DNA of 64,000 bases from contig CAWINH010000002.1 of NCBI GenBank assembly GCA_963837425.1, positions 599,129 to 663,128 of the forward strand. The letters run 5' to 3'. The notes beneath the pieces are model-generated. The model searched no databases. It was not told the origin of the DNA and saw only the letters and a program-made list of their open reading frames with translations. Below are positions 9,326 to 18,707 of this stretch, piece after piece (position 1 is the first letter of the stretch; the number at the start of each line of letters is the position of its first letter). The stretch is from an uncultured Chloroflexia bacterium (lineage in GTDB: Bacteria; Chloroflexota; Limnocylindria; QHBO01). Position numbers and translations under genes: made by a program.

Positions 9326-9738
9326 TGACCCGTGCAGGCGGGCGGGTCGATGTGCAGGCTGCTCAGTGCGGTATCAGCCGCGGTGAGGAGGGCGCCAAGG
9401 TCCGGTGCCAGCCTCTCGGCCGGTGCTCCGCTGTTGATGTCGTATTCGACGCGCCCCATCGATTCGAGGACCGATCCTTCGGTGGTGCGGTCCAGGCCGT
9501 CGGCTGCCGCCAGGGAATGGAGTGCGGCGTGGGCCTCGTTCCAGAAGGCCAGGACCGCGGCTGCTCGATCAGTGGGCAGCGTCCTCAACGCATCGCAGAC
9601 CCCGCGAGATGCGCGAAGCAGCTCCTGGTTGCCGGCAGCCGGCGAGGTCGATGGCTGGCCGGTTGGCGCGCACGCGGCCAAGCCGAGCACCGCGAGGCCC
9701 AGGGCCAGCGCCGGCGCGATCGTGGCGCCATGGGTCAC
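9322..9738 (-). CDS. lipoprotein, function unknown
   Basis: Lipobox GLAAC, 138 aa, three Cys. GTGA overlaps at both ends. Confidence 0.5.
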   Translation of the reverse strand: MTHGATIAPALALGLAVLGLAACAPTGQPSTSPAAGNQELLRASRGVCDALRTLPTDRAAAVLAFWNEAHAALHSLAAADGLDRTTEGSVLESMGRVEYDINSGAPAERLAPDLGALLTAADTALSSLHIDPPACTGQ

Positions 9739-10415
9739 CGAAGCTTGGCCATCAGCCCGGGATAGACGCTCGTGCCCTCTTCACCGGTGAGTCGCTCGAT
9801 GACCGTCCCATCGGAGGCAACGAGGACCCATCCAGGGAAGCTGTTGAGACCGAGCGCCGCGAGCGCGGTCGAGTTCGCGTCGTCCACGAGGTTCTGGCCG
9901 GGCCAGTTCTCGCGGACGAACCAGGCCGATGGCGGATAATTCGGCCGGGAGGGGTCGATCGCCGTCGCGATGCCGATGAGCTCGACGTTCGCCGGCAGCG
10001 GGTTGCTCCGCAGCCACGACACGAGTTTGGGCATCTCGGCCTGGCAATGCGGGCACCAATGGGCGAGCGCCATGACGAGCTTCGGGTGACCGTCCGCGGG
10101 GTCGATGACCGATGAGTTGCCGCTGAAGTCAGTGCCTGAGATCTTCGGGAACGCCAGCCCCACCGCGGGGTCGGGTCCGCTTGTGGGCAATGCCGGAAGC
10201 GCGGAGCCGGCGATCTGGACCGGCTGCGCCGCGGGCTGCTGGACGACGGCAGTGCCACCGGAACCGGGCCCGCTGAGCAGCAGTGCGACCGCGGCCACGA
10301 TGGCGGCAGCGGCGACGATGCCTCCCAGCAGCCAGGGCAATGGAATGCCCGTGCGCCGCGAAACGCCGGGCGTGCGCCGGCGTTGGATGCGTCCCTCGCG
10401 AGATCTAGTCGACAT
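9735..10415 (-). CDS. TlpA/ResA-type membrane-anchored thiol:disulfide oxidoreductase
   Basis: Internal ATG at 10415 with AAGAGGAG upstream. One TM helix, then a thioredoxin fold with the WCPHC active site. Confidence 0.85.
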   Translation of the reverse strand: MSTRSREGRIQRRRTPGVSRRTGIPLPWLLGGIVAAAAIVAAVALLLSGPGSGGTAVVQQPAAQPVQIAGSALPALPTSGPDPAVGLAFPKISGTDFSGNSSVIDPADGHPKLVMALAHWCPHCQAEMPKLVSWLRSNPLPANVELIGIATAIDPSRPNYPPSAWFVRENWPGQNLVDDANSTALAALGLNSFPGWVLVASDGTVIERLTGEEGTSVYPGLMAKLR

Positions 10416-10971
10416 GAACAGGCTCCTCTTCCCCGGGTCGCGCGAGCAGCAGCGCGACGATGATCGTGCAGAAGGCCACACCGGCCATGACCGGGATGCT
10501 GATGAATCCGAAGGTGTTGACCCAGATGACAGTGCATGGCTCCTCCACCGTACATGCCAGGGAGGTGACCTCCGGGATGCGCTGCACCGCGACGTGATAC
10601 GTGCTGATCACGGCACCGATGCCGGCGAGGGTCAGCACGTACGGCCGCACACCGAGGTCGGCGCGAATCGTTGCCACGACGAGGATTACGGCCGATGCGT
10701 ACATGCCGATTCGCTGGAACCAGCACAGCTCGCATGGCACGTAGCCTGCGACCTGGGAGTAGTAGAGGCTCCCGCTCATCGCGGTGATGGCGACGATCGC
10801 GGCGAGCAGGACTGCGTGGGGCCCGATCAGCTCGCCGAGGTCCTGCAACGTGCGCCGGGCCCACCCGTCGCGTCGTCGCAGGGCCGCGAGGGCCAGGGCC
10901 GCGAGGACCGCGTCGGCGGCGGCGACGACCAGCGTCAGGATCCCCAGGAAGAGGTTCACGGTCTCGGTCAC
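10405..10971 (-). CDS. DsbB/BdbC-family disulfide bond formation protein
   Basis: GTG start at 10971 (GTGA overlap with the ctaG stop). Four hydrophobic segments, CELCWFQR CxxC pair and a second pair LACTVEEPC. Confidence 0.8.
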   Translation of the reverse strand: MTETVNLFLGILTLVVAAADAVLAALALAALRRRDGWARRTLQDLGELIGPHAVLLAAIVAITAMSGSLYYSQVAGYVPCELCWFQRIGMYASAVILVVATIRADLGVRPYVLTLAGIGAVISTYHVAVQRIPEVTSLACTVEEPCTVIWVNTFGFISIPVMAGVAFCTIIVALLLARPGEEEPVHVD

Positions 10972-11966
10972 GGCGTCCAGCCCGCCTCCCCACCCGGACG
11001 CGCCGCGGCCTCGCGGTCGAGCCGGGCGTCCTCTCGTTCCATCTCGCGATCCGCCCGCTGCATCCAGAGGCCAAGCACCACGAGGATCGCGATGACCATC
11101 ATCATCGTGCCGCTGATCCACATGATCGCCGCGCCGGCCCGCTGGTCGGTGAGCGGGTCGACCCCGAGGGCTGCCGCCCGCTCGATGTAGGCCGGGTACA
11201 GCACGGTCGGGGCGCTCATCAAGATGACGGAGAGGAAGGCGATCGACGGGATCTGGAACGTCATGCCCAGCGCCCTGACCGCGGGGTGCAGGCGCCAGCG
11301 GATCGGATCTGGGCTGAAGATCGGCCACCACAGGAGGCAGGCAGCGGCCAGGTAGATCCCGTGCTCGAGCGCGTGGACCGCGTCGTTCGCCAGCGCGATG
11401 TTGTAGAGGTCGGTCAGGTGGGACGCCCACAGGGCGACGGTGAACGCCAGCCACCCGGTCACCGGGAAGGTCAGGAAGCCGACGACGCGTCCGTGCACGA
11501 TCGGCAGCAGGACGCGACGCCGAATCCGTTGGCGTGCCGCGCGCAACGCCAGGGTGCCCGGCGCCGACGCCGCGAGAAGTGGAGCGGCGACCATCATGAG
11601 CAGCATGTGCTGCACCATGTGGACGCTCAGCAGGTCGTCCGAAAAGGTGTCGACCGGGGAGAGCAGGGCAAGTGCCAACGTGACGATCGCGCCGAGAAAG
11701 AGCCCGGTCCGCAGCCGGGGCCAGGGGTTGCCCGGGTGGCGCGCGCTCACCCGCCTGGCGAGCGCGAGGTAGACGAGCGTGAAGACGGCGAGCGGCAGCG
11801 CGATCAGCGGGTCGAACTGCCAGCGCAGGAGCCAGTCGAACCCGTGAACGGGCGTCACCGCTCCGCCGGCATGTGCCGCCACGGCGGCGGTGCCCAGCGC
11901 GAGGAACAGCCCGCTGAGCGTCGCGGCGGTCGCCACGCGGCGTCCCAGCCGGGCAAGGACTCTCAT
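10968..11966 (-). CDS. ctaG: cytochrome c oxidase assembly factor CtaG (Bacillus/caa3 type)
   Basis: 332-aa polytopic protein with HMVQHMLLMMVAAPLL and ALEHGIYL blocks typical of the caa3_CtaG family. Confidence 0.8.
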   Translation of the reverse strand: MRVLARLGRRVATAATLSGLFLALGTAAVAAHAGGAVTPVHGFDWLLRWQFDPLIALPLAVFTLVYLALARRVSARHPGNPWPRLRTGLFLGAIVTLALALLSPVDTFSDDLLSVHMVQHMLLMMVAAPLLAASAPGTLALRAARQRIRRRVLLPIVHGRVVGFLTFPVTGWLAFTVALWASHLTDLYNIALANDAVHALEHGIYLAAACLLWWPIFSPDPIRWRLHPAVRALGMTFQIPSIAFLSVILMSAPTVLYPAYIERAAALGVDPLTDQRAGAAIMWISGTMMMVIAILVVLGLWMQRADREMEREDARLDREAAARPGGEAGWTP

Positions 11967-12205
11967 CTCAGGTTCGATTCTCTCCCATTCGACCGGTCTC
12001 GGCGGGCAGCGCCGAGGGGGCGCGGGCCCTGGGCGGCCACGCGGCGATGGCGGACGCTCCCTGGTCCGCCACAGGTGGGGCTGTTCGAGCGCGGCTCGGC
12101 AAGCATATCAGCCAATCCGCAGCGGCACCTTGACACGCCTTCGCCTCGCCTGCGAGGGTAGGCATCGGGCGCGAGGCCGGAAATGCAGCCTGCTACTGAA
12201 TCGGG

Positions 12206-12499
12206 GTGCTGAGTGTCGCCGACCGGCCGGAGGCGCTCGAGGCTGCCCGGGAGTCGCTGCGGACCTGGAACGAGATCGGAAACCTGGGCCGGATGGCGGT
12301 CTTCAAGTTCCTCGCCTCGCTCGAGCTCAAGCGCGGGCACCCCGCGCGGGCAGTCCGCCTGGCGGCCGCCGCACGACAGATCGAGCAGGTTGGCGGGGAG
12401 CTCTCAGAGACGCTGCAACGTGCCGGCAACCCGCTCGAAGAGGCGCGTCCCCTGCTGGAACCCGAGGTCTACGATCGGGTCGGCGATCGGGACCGGTGA
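12206..12499 (+). other. possible remnant of the C-terminal TPR region of a large regulator (orphan ORF)
   Basis: 97-aa ORF with helical-repeat-like sequence (ALEAARESLRTWNEIGNLGRMA...ARAVRLAAAARQIEQ). No N-terminal domain and no convincing RBS. Confidence 0.2.
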
Positions 12500-12605
12500 C
12501 ACGGTGCGGGTCACGTTCGCTTTCACCGGCGGGGCCTTCCAGGGCAACCGGGTTGACGCCAGCTCGGTCACCGTGGTCCCGACGCCCTCCTCCTAGCCGC
12601 GACCG

Positions 12606-13109
12606 TTAGCCGGGCTCGCCGGCCGCGACGGGGGATTGCCTCCCGCTGACCCGACCGGGGAGCGTCGTGGCCCACGCGCGCGCACGCTCAAGCTCGCCGG
12701 GCTCCAGCTCCGGTTCGCGTCCGTGGACGAAGAAGCTCTCCGGCTCCGCGATGAGGGTAGCGCCGCTGCGGCGCAGCCGCTGACCGATCCGAGTCGCGGC
12801 GGACCCGGAGAGCAGCCGCGGGATCCGAAGCCGCGTGTCGAACGCCGCCGCCGCCATGCCTTCCAGCGCGGACGGACCGATGCGCTCGAAGAGGTCGAGC
12901 AGCTGCGGTGTCGCCCCGTGTCCCTCGGTCGGCCCGCCCACGACCACGAGCTCCGTTTCGTGGGGAACGACGGCCGGGACGTCCTCGGCCGCCAGCAGTT
13001 CGACGGTCCCATGCGCCCGCAGCGCCTCGGCGATGGCATCCGCCACCCGCCGGGTGTTGCCGCTGCGCGTCCCGTAGATCACCAGGCTTCGCACGTGATG
13101 TACCTCCAT
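12606..13109 (-). CDS. flavodoxin-family protein
   Basis: VIYGTRSGNTRRVA FMN phosphate-binding loop. ATG at 13109, or more likely GTG at 13094, which lies 7 nt after GGAGGT. Confidence 0.75.
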   Translation of the reverse strand: MEVHHVRSLVIYGTRSGNTRRVADAIAEALRAHGTVELLAAEDVPAVVPHETELVVVGGPTEGHGATPQLLDLFERIGPSALEGMAAAAFDTRLRIPRLLSGSAATRIGQRLRRSGATLIAEPESFFVHGREPELEPGELERARAWATTLPGRVSGRQSPVAAGEPG

Positions 13110-13222
13110 CCGAATGTCCCCGGGGTCGATCCGGGTGCATGGCATGGGTATGGCGCCTACGTCCGGGACGCGCCAGAGCCGAATGTCGTCTGCTTCGGAC
13201 GGCGCGCCGGTCCCGGGTCGAC

Positions 13223-13522
13223 TCAGGTCGGGTCGGCTGCGTACTCCGGGTGACGCTCGATGAACGCCCGCACGAACGGACAGCGCGGCGTGACCGGCAT
13301 CCGCGCGGCACGCGTGTCGTCGAGTGCCGACCGGATCAGCGTGGTCGCGAGGCCGCGCCCCTCGTGGCCGGCGGCGATCTCGGTGTGCACGAAGATGCGC
13401 CGCCCGGCCCGGTCGCGGTACTCGGTGAAGCCGAGCAGCTCGTCGCCGCTCCTGATCTCGTAGCGTCCGAGCTCCGGCTCGTGCACGACCCTGGTGCGCC
13501 GGGTCATCGGCGTCGTCGGCAA
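13223..13522 (-). CDS. GNAT-family acetyltransferase (small YjdJ-like)
   Basis: 99 aa with HTEIAAGHEGRGLATTL and PRCPFVRAFI, characteristic of the single-domain GNAT_YjdJ type. Confidence 0.7.
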   Translation of the reverse strand: MPTTPMTRRTRVVHEPELGRYEIRSGDELLGFTEYRDRAGRRIFVHTEIAAGHEGRGLATTLIRSALDDTRAARMPVTPRCPFVRAFIERHPEYAADPT

Positions 13523-13659
13523 TCGGCCACGAGGTAACTACTACACTGAATCGGCCTCCGCCGTGCGGTGATTTCACCGGAACCGCGAGGTCATGGGACC
13601 CGGGCAGGACCTCAGCGCTACAGACGCGTGCGGTCCGCGCCGATACGGTTCCTGCAGCC

Positions 13660-14625
13660 ATGCGACGCCATCCTGCTGCGAAGACGAACGCCATGCCCCG
13701 CACCGCATCGGGCCGGGGCGTCCTGCTGCGCGCGGTCGCCCTGGCCGGGACCGCGCTGCTGTCCGCAGCACTCCTGGCCTGGACCCCGTCGCCGGTCAGC
13801 GGCTGGAACCAGAGCAGCGCCGAGTCGACGCTCTGGCAGCTCTTGAACGGCGCTCGTGTGAACAACGGGCGGAACCCGCTGCAGAAGAACACGACGCTGG
13901 TGAGCCTCGCCCGATGGCGCAGCAAGGACATGATCACCCGCGACTACTTCGACCACACCGTGCTGGGCACCTCGTACCAGGTCTTCCACTGGTACGACAC
14001 GAACGGCCTCCACTACCAGTGGGGCGGCGAGAACATCGGGTGGAACAACGGCTACGCGGATGCCGACTCGCCGGTCGCGATCCACGAGGGATTCATGAAC
14101 TCGCCGGGCCACCGTGCGAACATCCTCGAGCCCGCGTACACCGATGGCGGTGTGGGCGCGTGGGGGGCCGACAACGTCAGCTTCCTGGGCCAGAACCGCA
14201 GCCCGCGGATGTACACCGAGCTGTTCATGGTCGCGGCCGCGACCAACCCGCCGCCGCCTCCTCCACCGACTCCCGCCCCGGCACCCAGCTCGCCGAAGCC
14301 CACGAGCCAGCCGTCGGGCGGCGGTTCGACGACCCCGGCCCCGCCCGCCGCGCCGAGCGAGACGGCCGCCATCCTCCACGTGGACGACCCGGCGCCGCCG
14401 TCGCCGGATCCAGGGGCCGCCGGCGCGAGCCTGGTCGTGGCGCCCTCGTCGCTTGCCGCGGCCCCCGCGCCGAGCGCTCGACAGCTCGAGGATCCGGCGT
14501 CGGACCGATCCACGTCGTCGCCGACGGTCACCGCGGCGTCGTACCGGATCCAGGCCGCCGACGCCTCGAATCGCGGCCTCTTCGAGACCGTCTTCGGGTC
14601 GCTGCTCGGCTTCTTCCTGGGCTGA
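13660..14625 (+). CDS. secreted CAP/SCP-domain protein with Pro-rich linker and C-terminal hydrophobic tail
   Basis: Signal-like N-terminus. CAP motifs (RWRSKDM, GENIGWN, SPGHRANIL), then NPPPPPPPTPAPAPSSPKP low complexity. The start could instead be the ATG at 13693. Confidence 0.75.
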   Translation: MRRHPAAKTNAMPRTASGRGVLLRAVALAGTALLSAALLAWTPSPVSGWNQSSAESTLWQLLNGARVNNGRNPLQKNTTLVSLARWRSKDMITRDYFDHTVLGTSYQVFHWYDTNGLHYQWGGENIGWNNGYADADSPVAIHEGFMNSPGHRANILEPAYTDGGVGAWGADNVSFLGQNRSPRMYTELFMVAAATNPPPPPPPTPAPAPSSPKPTSQPSGGGSTTPAPPAAPSETAAILHVDDPAPPSPDPGAAGASLVVAPSSLAAAPAPSARQLEDPASDRSTSSPTVTAASYRIQAADASNRGLFETVFGSLLGFFLG

Positions 14626-14647
14626 GGCAGACGTCTAGACTGCGCTC

Positions 14648-15394
14648 GTGAACGTCATCCTCGAAGCGCGGGAGCTCGTCAAGCGCTACCCGCTCGGCTC
14701 GCGCAGCGTGGAGGCGTTGCGCGGCGTCTCATTGTCGGTGCCGCAGGGCGAGTTCCTGGCGATCATGGGCAGCTCTGGCTCCGGGAAGTCCACGATGCTG
14801 CACCTGCTCGGTGGACTGGACCAACCAACGAGTGGGGAGGTCGTCATCGACGGAGTCAACATCAGCCGCCTCGACGACGACGGGGCGACACTCACCCGCC
14901 GCGCGAAGACCGGCTTCGTCTTCCAGTTCTTCAACCTCATCCCGCTGCTCAACGTGGCGGAGAACGTCGCGCTGCCCTTCCTGATTGCCGGTGAGAGCCT
15001 CGCGGATCACAAGGCGCGGGTGGACGATCTGCTCGAGCTCGTTGGCCTCGAGGACAAGGGCGGGCACCAGCCCGACCAGCTGTCGGCGGGCGAGCAGCAG
15101 CGGGTGGCGCTGGCACGCGCGCTGGCCACCGGGCCCGCCATCCTGCTCGCCGACGAACCGACGGGCAACCTCGACTTCACGACCGGAACCGAGATCCTGG
15201 ACCTGCTGTGGGATTCCTGCGATCGGCTGGGCCAGACGATCGTGCTCGTCACGCACGATGCCCGGGCGGCCGCCTATGCCGACCGGGTGCTCGTCGTGCG
15301 CGACGGGCGCCTCCTCGATGAGATCGAACTCGGTCGTCGCCACGATCATGGGGCCCGCCAGCTGATCGACCGCCTCGCGGCGCTGGGCCTGTAG
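14648..15394 (+). CDS. ABC transporter ATP-binding protein (MacB/LolD-like)
   Basis: Walker A GSSGSGKST, signature LSAGEQQRV, Walker B ILLADEPT. Confidence 0.9.
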   Translation: MNVILEARELVKRYPLGSRSVEALRGVSLSVPQGEFLAIMGSSGSGKSTMLHLLGGLDQPTSGEVVIDGVNISRLDDDGATLTRRAKTGFVFQFFNLIPLLNVAENVALPFLIAGESLADHKARVDDLLELVGLEDKGGHQPDQLSAGEQQRVALARALATGPAILLADEPTGNLDFTTGTEILDLLWDSCDRLGQTIVLVTHDARAAAYADRVLVVRDGRLLDEIELGRRHDHGARQLIDRLAALGL

Positions 15395-15398
15395 GCCC

Positions 15399-17933
15399 AT
15401 GGGCCTGGGCGCCATTGCCTGGCGGAGCCTGGCGGCCCGGCCACTGCGCACCGGGCTGACGATCGCCGGGATCGCACTGGGGGTGGCGATCGTGGCCGCC
15501 ACCCTGCTCGCCAACCAGGCGTCGGCGAGCGCGCTGGAGCGTGCCGCGCAGGAGCTGTTCGGACGGGCGCAGCTGCGGGTGCGCGCGTTCAACGACGTGG
15601 GCTTTGATCCGGCAAACGTGAAGCTCATGCGCCAGCTGCCCGGCGTCCTGAACGCGGCGGCCGTGATCGAGAAGCCGGGCACGGCGATGAGCACCGCCCC
15701 GGGTCCCGACGAGCAGGTCTTCACGATGCTGGCCATCGGGGTCGACCCTGCCGATGAGATGCACATCCGCGACTGGGATCTCGCCGATGGCAGCTTCCTC
15801 GACGCGGGGGCCACCGACGAGGTCCTGGTAACCGCCACCTGGGCCCGCGATCACCACCTCGGGTTGGGCGACGAGCTGCTCCTGAACACGACGGGCCTCC
15901 CGCACTGCACGATCGTGGGGCTCCTGAACCCGACCGGGTTCGGTGCGCTGGCGTCCGGCAATGTCGCGGTCTTCGACCGCGAGTTCCTCGCCGGCGCCTT
16001 CGACGTGACGCCGCCTATCCGCTACGTGGACCTTCAGATCGGGCCGGGACAGGAGGCCGCGGTCCAGGCGGGCCTCGACGCCACCCTCACCGATCCCTTC
16101 GTCGTCGAGACCGCGGCCGACGCGGCCGTCCAGCTGGGACGCGCGCAGGCCGGTTTTGCGGGTCTCGCCTTCCTGTTCGGCGCGGTCTCGCTGGCGGTCG
16201 GCGCCTTCCTCGTGGCGAACACCCTGTCGATGACGGTTGCCGAACGCACCCGGGAGCTGGGCCTCCTGCGGGCCGCGGGTACGACCAGCCGCCAGATCAT
16301 GGGCTTCGTCCTGCGCCAGGCGGCGGCCCTGGCGGTGATCGGCAGCGTCGCCGGGATCCTGCTGGGAATCGCTGCCGCCACGCTGATGATCGCCTTCCTG
16401 CGCACGACGCGGGCGCTCCTCATCGAGGGGGTGCCCTGGAATCTCGGGTCGCTCGCCCTGGCGAGCGCCATCGGCGTGCTGGTAACGCTCGCCGCTGCCG
16501 TCATCCCGTCGATCGCCGCGTCACGGGTCTCGCCACTCGACGCCCTGCGGCCCTCGCGGCTGCCCGGCCGCTCCCTTGGCGGCCGGCTGCGCTGGATCGT
16601 CGCCTTCGTGGCCCTCGCCACGCTCGTCGGCGGATTCCTTTACCCGCTGGACCGCGGTGATGCGTCACCCATCGGGGCGCTCGTCGCCGTCGCCATCCTC
16701 GTTGCCGCCACGGTCCTGGTGGCCGCGATCCTGCAGCCCGCAGCGCGGCTCGTCGGTCGTCCGTTCGAGGCGTTCTTCGGCGCAGAGGGGATGCTCGGTC
16801 GTGCGAACCTCGGGCGCCATCGGGTGCGAACCGGCCTCACCGTCGGCGCGCTCGTCATCGGCCTCGCGACGGTCGTGGCGCTCGGGGCAGTCTCGGCCAG
16901 CGCGCGTGCCACGGCGCAACGGTGGGTGGACTCGATCCTCCCGAGCGGGCAGGTGTTCCGGATCTCCGTGGCTCCCGACGCCGGCCAGGCGCCAGGCTAT
17001 CTCATGCAAATCGGGGGGATCGCCGCCGCCAGCCCGATCATCGAGTTCCCGGCGGTGATCGCCGGCGACCAGGCTCCGACCGAGGTCTCGATGGCCGGGA
17101 TCGACCCCACCGTCTACCAGGATGCCGGCGCGCTGATCTTCATCCAGGGCGACCGGGCGGCGGCCTTCCAGGCGCTCCGCGCTGGCGGCGCGGTGCTCGT
17201 GCCGGATGGGATGGCGCAGCGCGATGGCCTGGCGCCGGGCTCCACGCTGCCGCTCGCCACGCCGGGCGGGGAGATCCACCAGTTCCGCGTCGTCGGTGTC
17301 ATTGCCTACACCCTGCCCGCGCGCTCGCCGGACGGCGCCATGCTCGTCAGCCTCTCCGACGCCCGCGACCGGTTCGGCGCCACCACGGCCCACCTGTGGG
17401 CCCTCATTCCGCGTGACGGGACCCCGCTCGCCGGCTTCCGCTCCGCGGCGAGCGGAGTGGCATCCGAGCAGGGAGGCGAGCTGCTGACGACCGAGCAGCT
17501 CGGCGAGGAGCTCGGGCTCGGGCTGGATCGGCTCATTGGCCTGTTCGACGTCCTCGCCCTGTTGGCGGTGCTCATCGGCGGGCTGGGGATCGTGAACACA
17601 CTGACGGTCGGGGTTGCCGAGCGCAGTCGCGAGATCGCGATCCTGCGCTCGCACGGGATGACCGTGGGTCAGGTCCAGGCCATGGTCGTCTCCGAGGCCT
17701 CGATCATGGGCGCGGTTGGCGGACTGGCGGCGGCCGCGGCGGGGATGCTCGTGGCGTGGGTGGCGGTGACGTTCGCCACGCCTGGCGACTTCGGTGCCGG
17801 GCTCGCCGTCCCGTGGCCGCTGCTGGCGGTCGTCGTGCTGCTCGGGATCGGAGTTGCCTCGCTCGCAGGAATCTACCCGGCTCGGCGAGCCGCGCGTTCG
17901 CCGATCACCAACGACCTGCGCCACTTCGAGTAG
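15399..17933 (+). CDS. ABC transporter permease with two FtsX domains (YbbP/MacB-like)
   Basis: 844 aa with duplicated TM bundles and large extracytoplasmic loops. Lies 4 nt after the ATPase gene. Confidence 0.85.
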   Translation: MGLGAIAWRSLAARPLRTGLTIAGIALGVAIVAATLLANQASASALERAAQELFGRAQLRVRAFNDVGFDPANVKLMRQLPGVLNAAAVIEKPGTAMSTAPGPDEQVFTMLAIGVDPADEMHIRDWDLADGSFLDAGATDEVLVTATWARDHHLGLGDELLLNTTGLPHCTIVGLLNPTGFGALASGNVAVFDREFLAGAFDVTPPIRYVDLQIGPGQEAAVQAGLDATLTDPFVVETAADAAVQLGRAQAGFAGLAFLFGAVSLAVGAFLVANTLSMTVAERTRELGLLRAAGTTSRQIMGFVLRQAAALAVIGSVAGILLGIAAATLMIAFLRTTRALLIEGVPWNLGSLALASAIGVLVTLAAAVIPSIAASRVSPLDALRPSRLPGRSLGGRLRWIVAFVALATLVGGFLYPLDRGDASPIGALVAVAILVAATVLVAAILQPAARLVGRPFEAFFGAEGMLGRANLGRHRVRTGLTVGALVIGLATVVALGAVSASARATAQRWVDSILPSGQVFRISVAPDAGQAPGYLMQIGGIAAASPIIEFPAVIAGDQAPTEVSMAGIDPTVYQDAGALIFIQGDRAAAFQALRAGGAVLVPDGMAQRDGLAPGSTLPLATPGGEIHQFRVVGVIAYTLPARSPDGAMLVSLSDARDRFGATTAHLWALIPRDGTPLAGFRSAASGVASEQGGELLTTEQLGEELGLGLDRLIGLFDVLALLAVLIGGLGIVNTLTVGVAERSREIAILRSHGMTVGQVQAMVVSEASIMGAVGGLAAAAAGMLVAWVAVTFATPGDFGAGLAVPWPLLAVVVLLGIGVASLAGIYPARRAARSPITNDLRHFE

Positions 17934-17957
17934 AACCCAACGCCAGGAGGAGGAGCC

Positions 17958-18386
17958 ATGGAGACCCGGTTCAGGGAGGCGGGCGCCGGCCGGCGTCTCG
18001 TCGGCAGGCTGGAGACGGACAGCGACCTCGTGGAGGGAATCACCGCATTGGCCGCCGACCATGGCGTTCGCGCCGCGTGGGTGAGCTGCGTTGGCGCGGT
18101 GCAGCACGCGTCGTTCGCCTTCTACGACCAGGAGGCACTCCGCTACGTCCCGCTCGAGAGCAGCGAGCATCACGAGATCGCCGGATTCCAGGGCAACATC
18201 TCGATGAGGGAGGGAGCGCCATTCCTCCACGCACATGCCACCTTCGCGGACAGCCGCGGCGCGACGGTCGGTGGTCACCTCCGTCCAGGCTGCGTGGTGT
18301 GGGTGGCCGAACTGCTCATTCAGGAGCTCGCCGGCGTTGAGCTCGTCCGTGAGCACGACGCGAGGACAAACCTCGATCTCTGGTAG
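17958..18386 (+). CDS. PPC (DUF296) domain protein
   Basis: 142 aa with FEILSLTGTI-type pattern (HEIAGFQGNIS...PFLHAHATFAD...GGHL) typical of PPC/DUF296. Confidence 0.65.
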   Translation: METRFREAGAGRRLVGRLETDSDLVEGITALAADHGVRAAWVSCVGAVQHASFAFYDQEALRYVPLESSEHHEIAGFQGNISMREGAPFLHAHATFADSRGATVGGHLRPGCVVWVAELLIQELAGVELVREHDARTNLDLW

Positions 18387-18542
18387 TCCCGGGGTCCAGG
18401 CCCGGGACCCGGCGTTCGCCATCGGTCCCATGGCTGGGAGGTCCATCGGACCATTGGGTTCGCGGCGAGGAGTGGTGAGGATGATCGCAGGCCGCCGGCG
18501 CTGCCCCGCCGGCGGCTACCACGCACGAGGAGAGCCCGCGCG

Positions 18543-18707
18543 GTGCGACCCGTCCTTTCCCTGCTCGGTGGCCTCGCGATCTCGATCGCGGGCGTCATCG
18601 TCGTCGTCCGCTCGACCGCCGATGTCGCGGGCGTGCTGCTGATCACCGCCGGCGTCGTGATCGCCGTCCTCGGCCCGATGACCACGGTCGAGGATCCGGG
18701 CCGCTAG
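18543..18707 (+). CDS. possible small two-helix membrane protein (not in the ORF track)
   Basis: GTG at 18543, 8 nt after AGGAGAG. Translation is VRPVLSLLGGLAISIAGVIVVVRSTADVAGVLLITAGVVIAVLGPMTTVEDPGR, i.e. two hydrophobic helices. Confidence 0.3.
   Translation: MRPVLSLLGGLAISIAGVIVVVRSTADVAGVLLITAGVVIAVLGPMTTVEDPGR

Noticed and set aside
11968-11995. GGTTCGATTCTC, a tRNA T-loop-like string just upstream of ctaG.
   Set aside because: No flanking stem complementarity and no acceptor or D/anticodon arms. It is part of the ctaG 5' untranslated region.
12130-12170. TTGACA at about 12130 as a promoter for the 12206 ORF.
   Set aside because: No acceptable -10 hexamer lies at 16-19 nt spacing.
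18387-18425. GC-rich hairpin (GGGTCC-N7-GGACCC) after the PPC-domain gene as a rho-independent terminator.
   Set aside because: The stem is only 6 bp and there is no downstream T-run. This is too weak to call.
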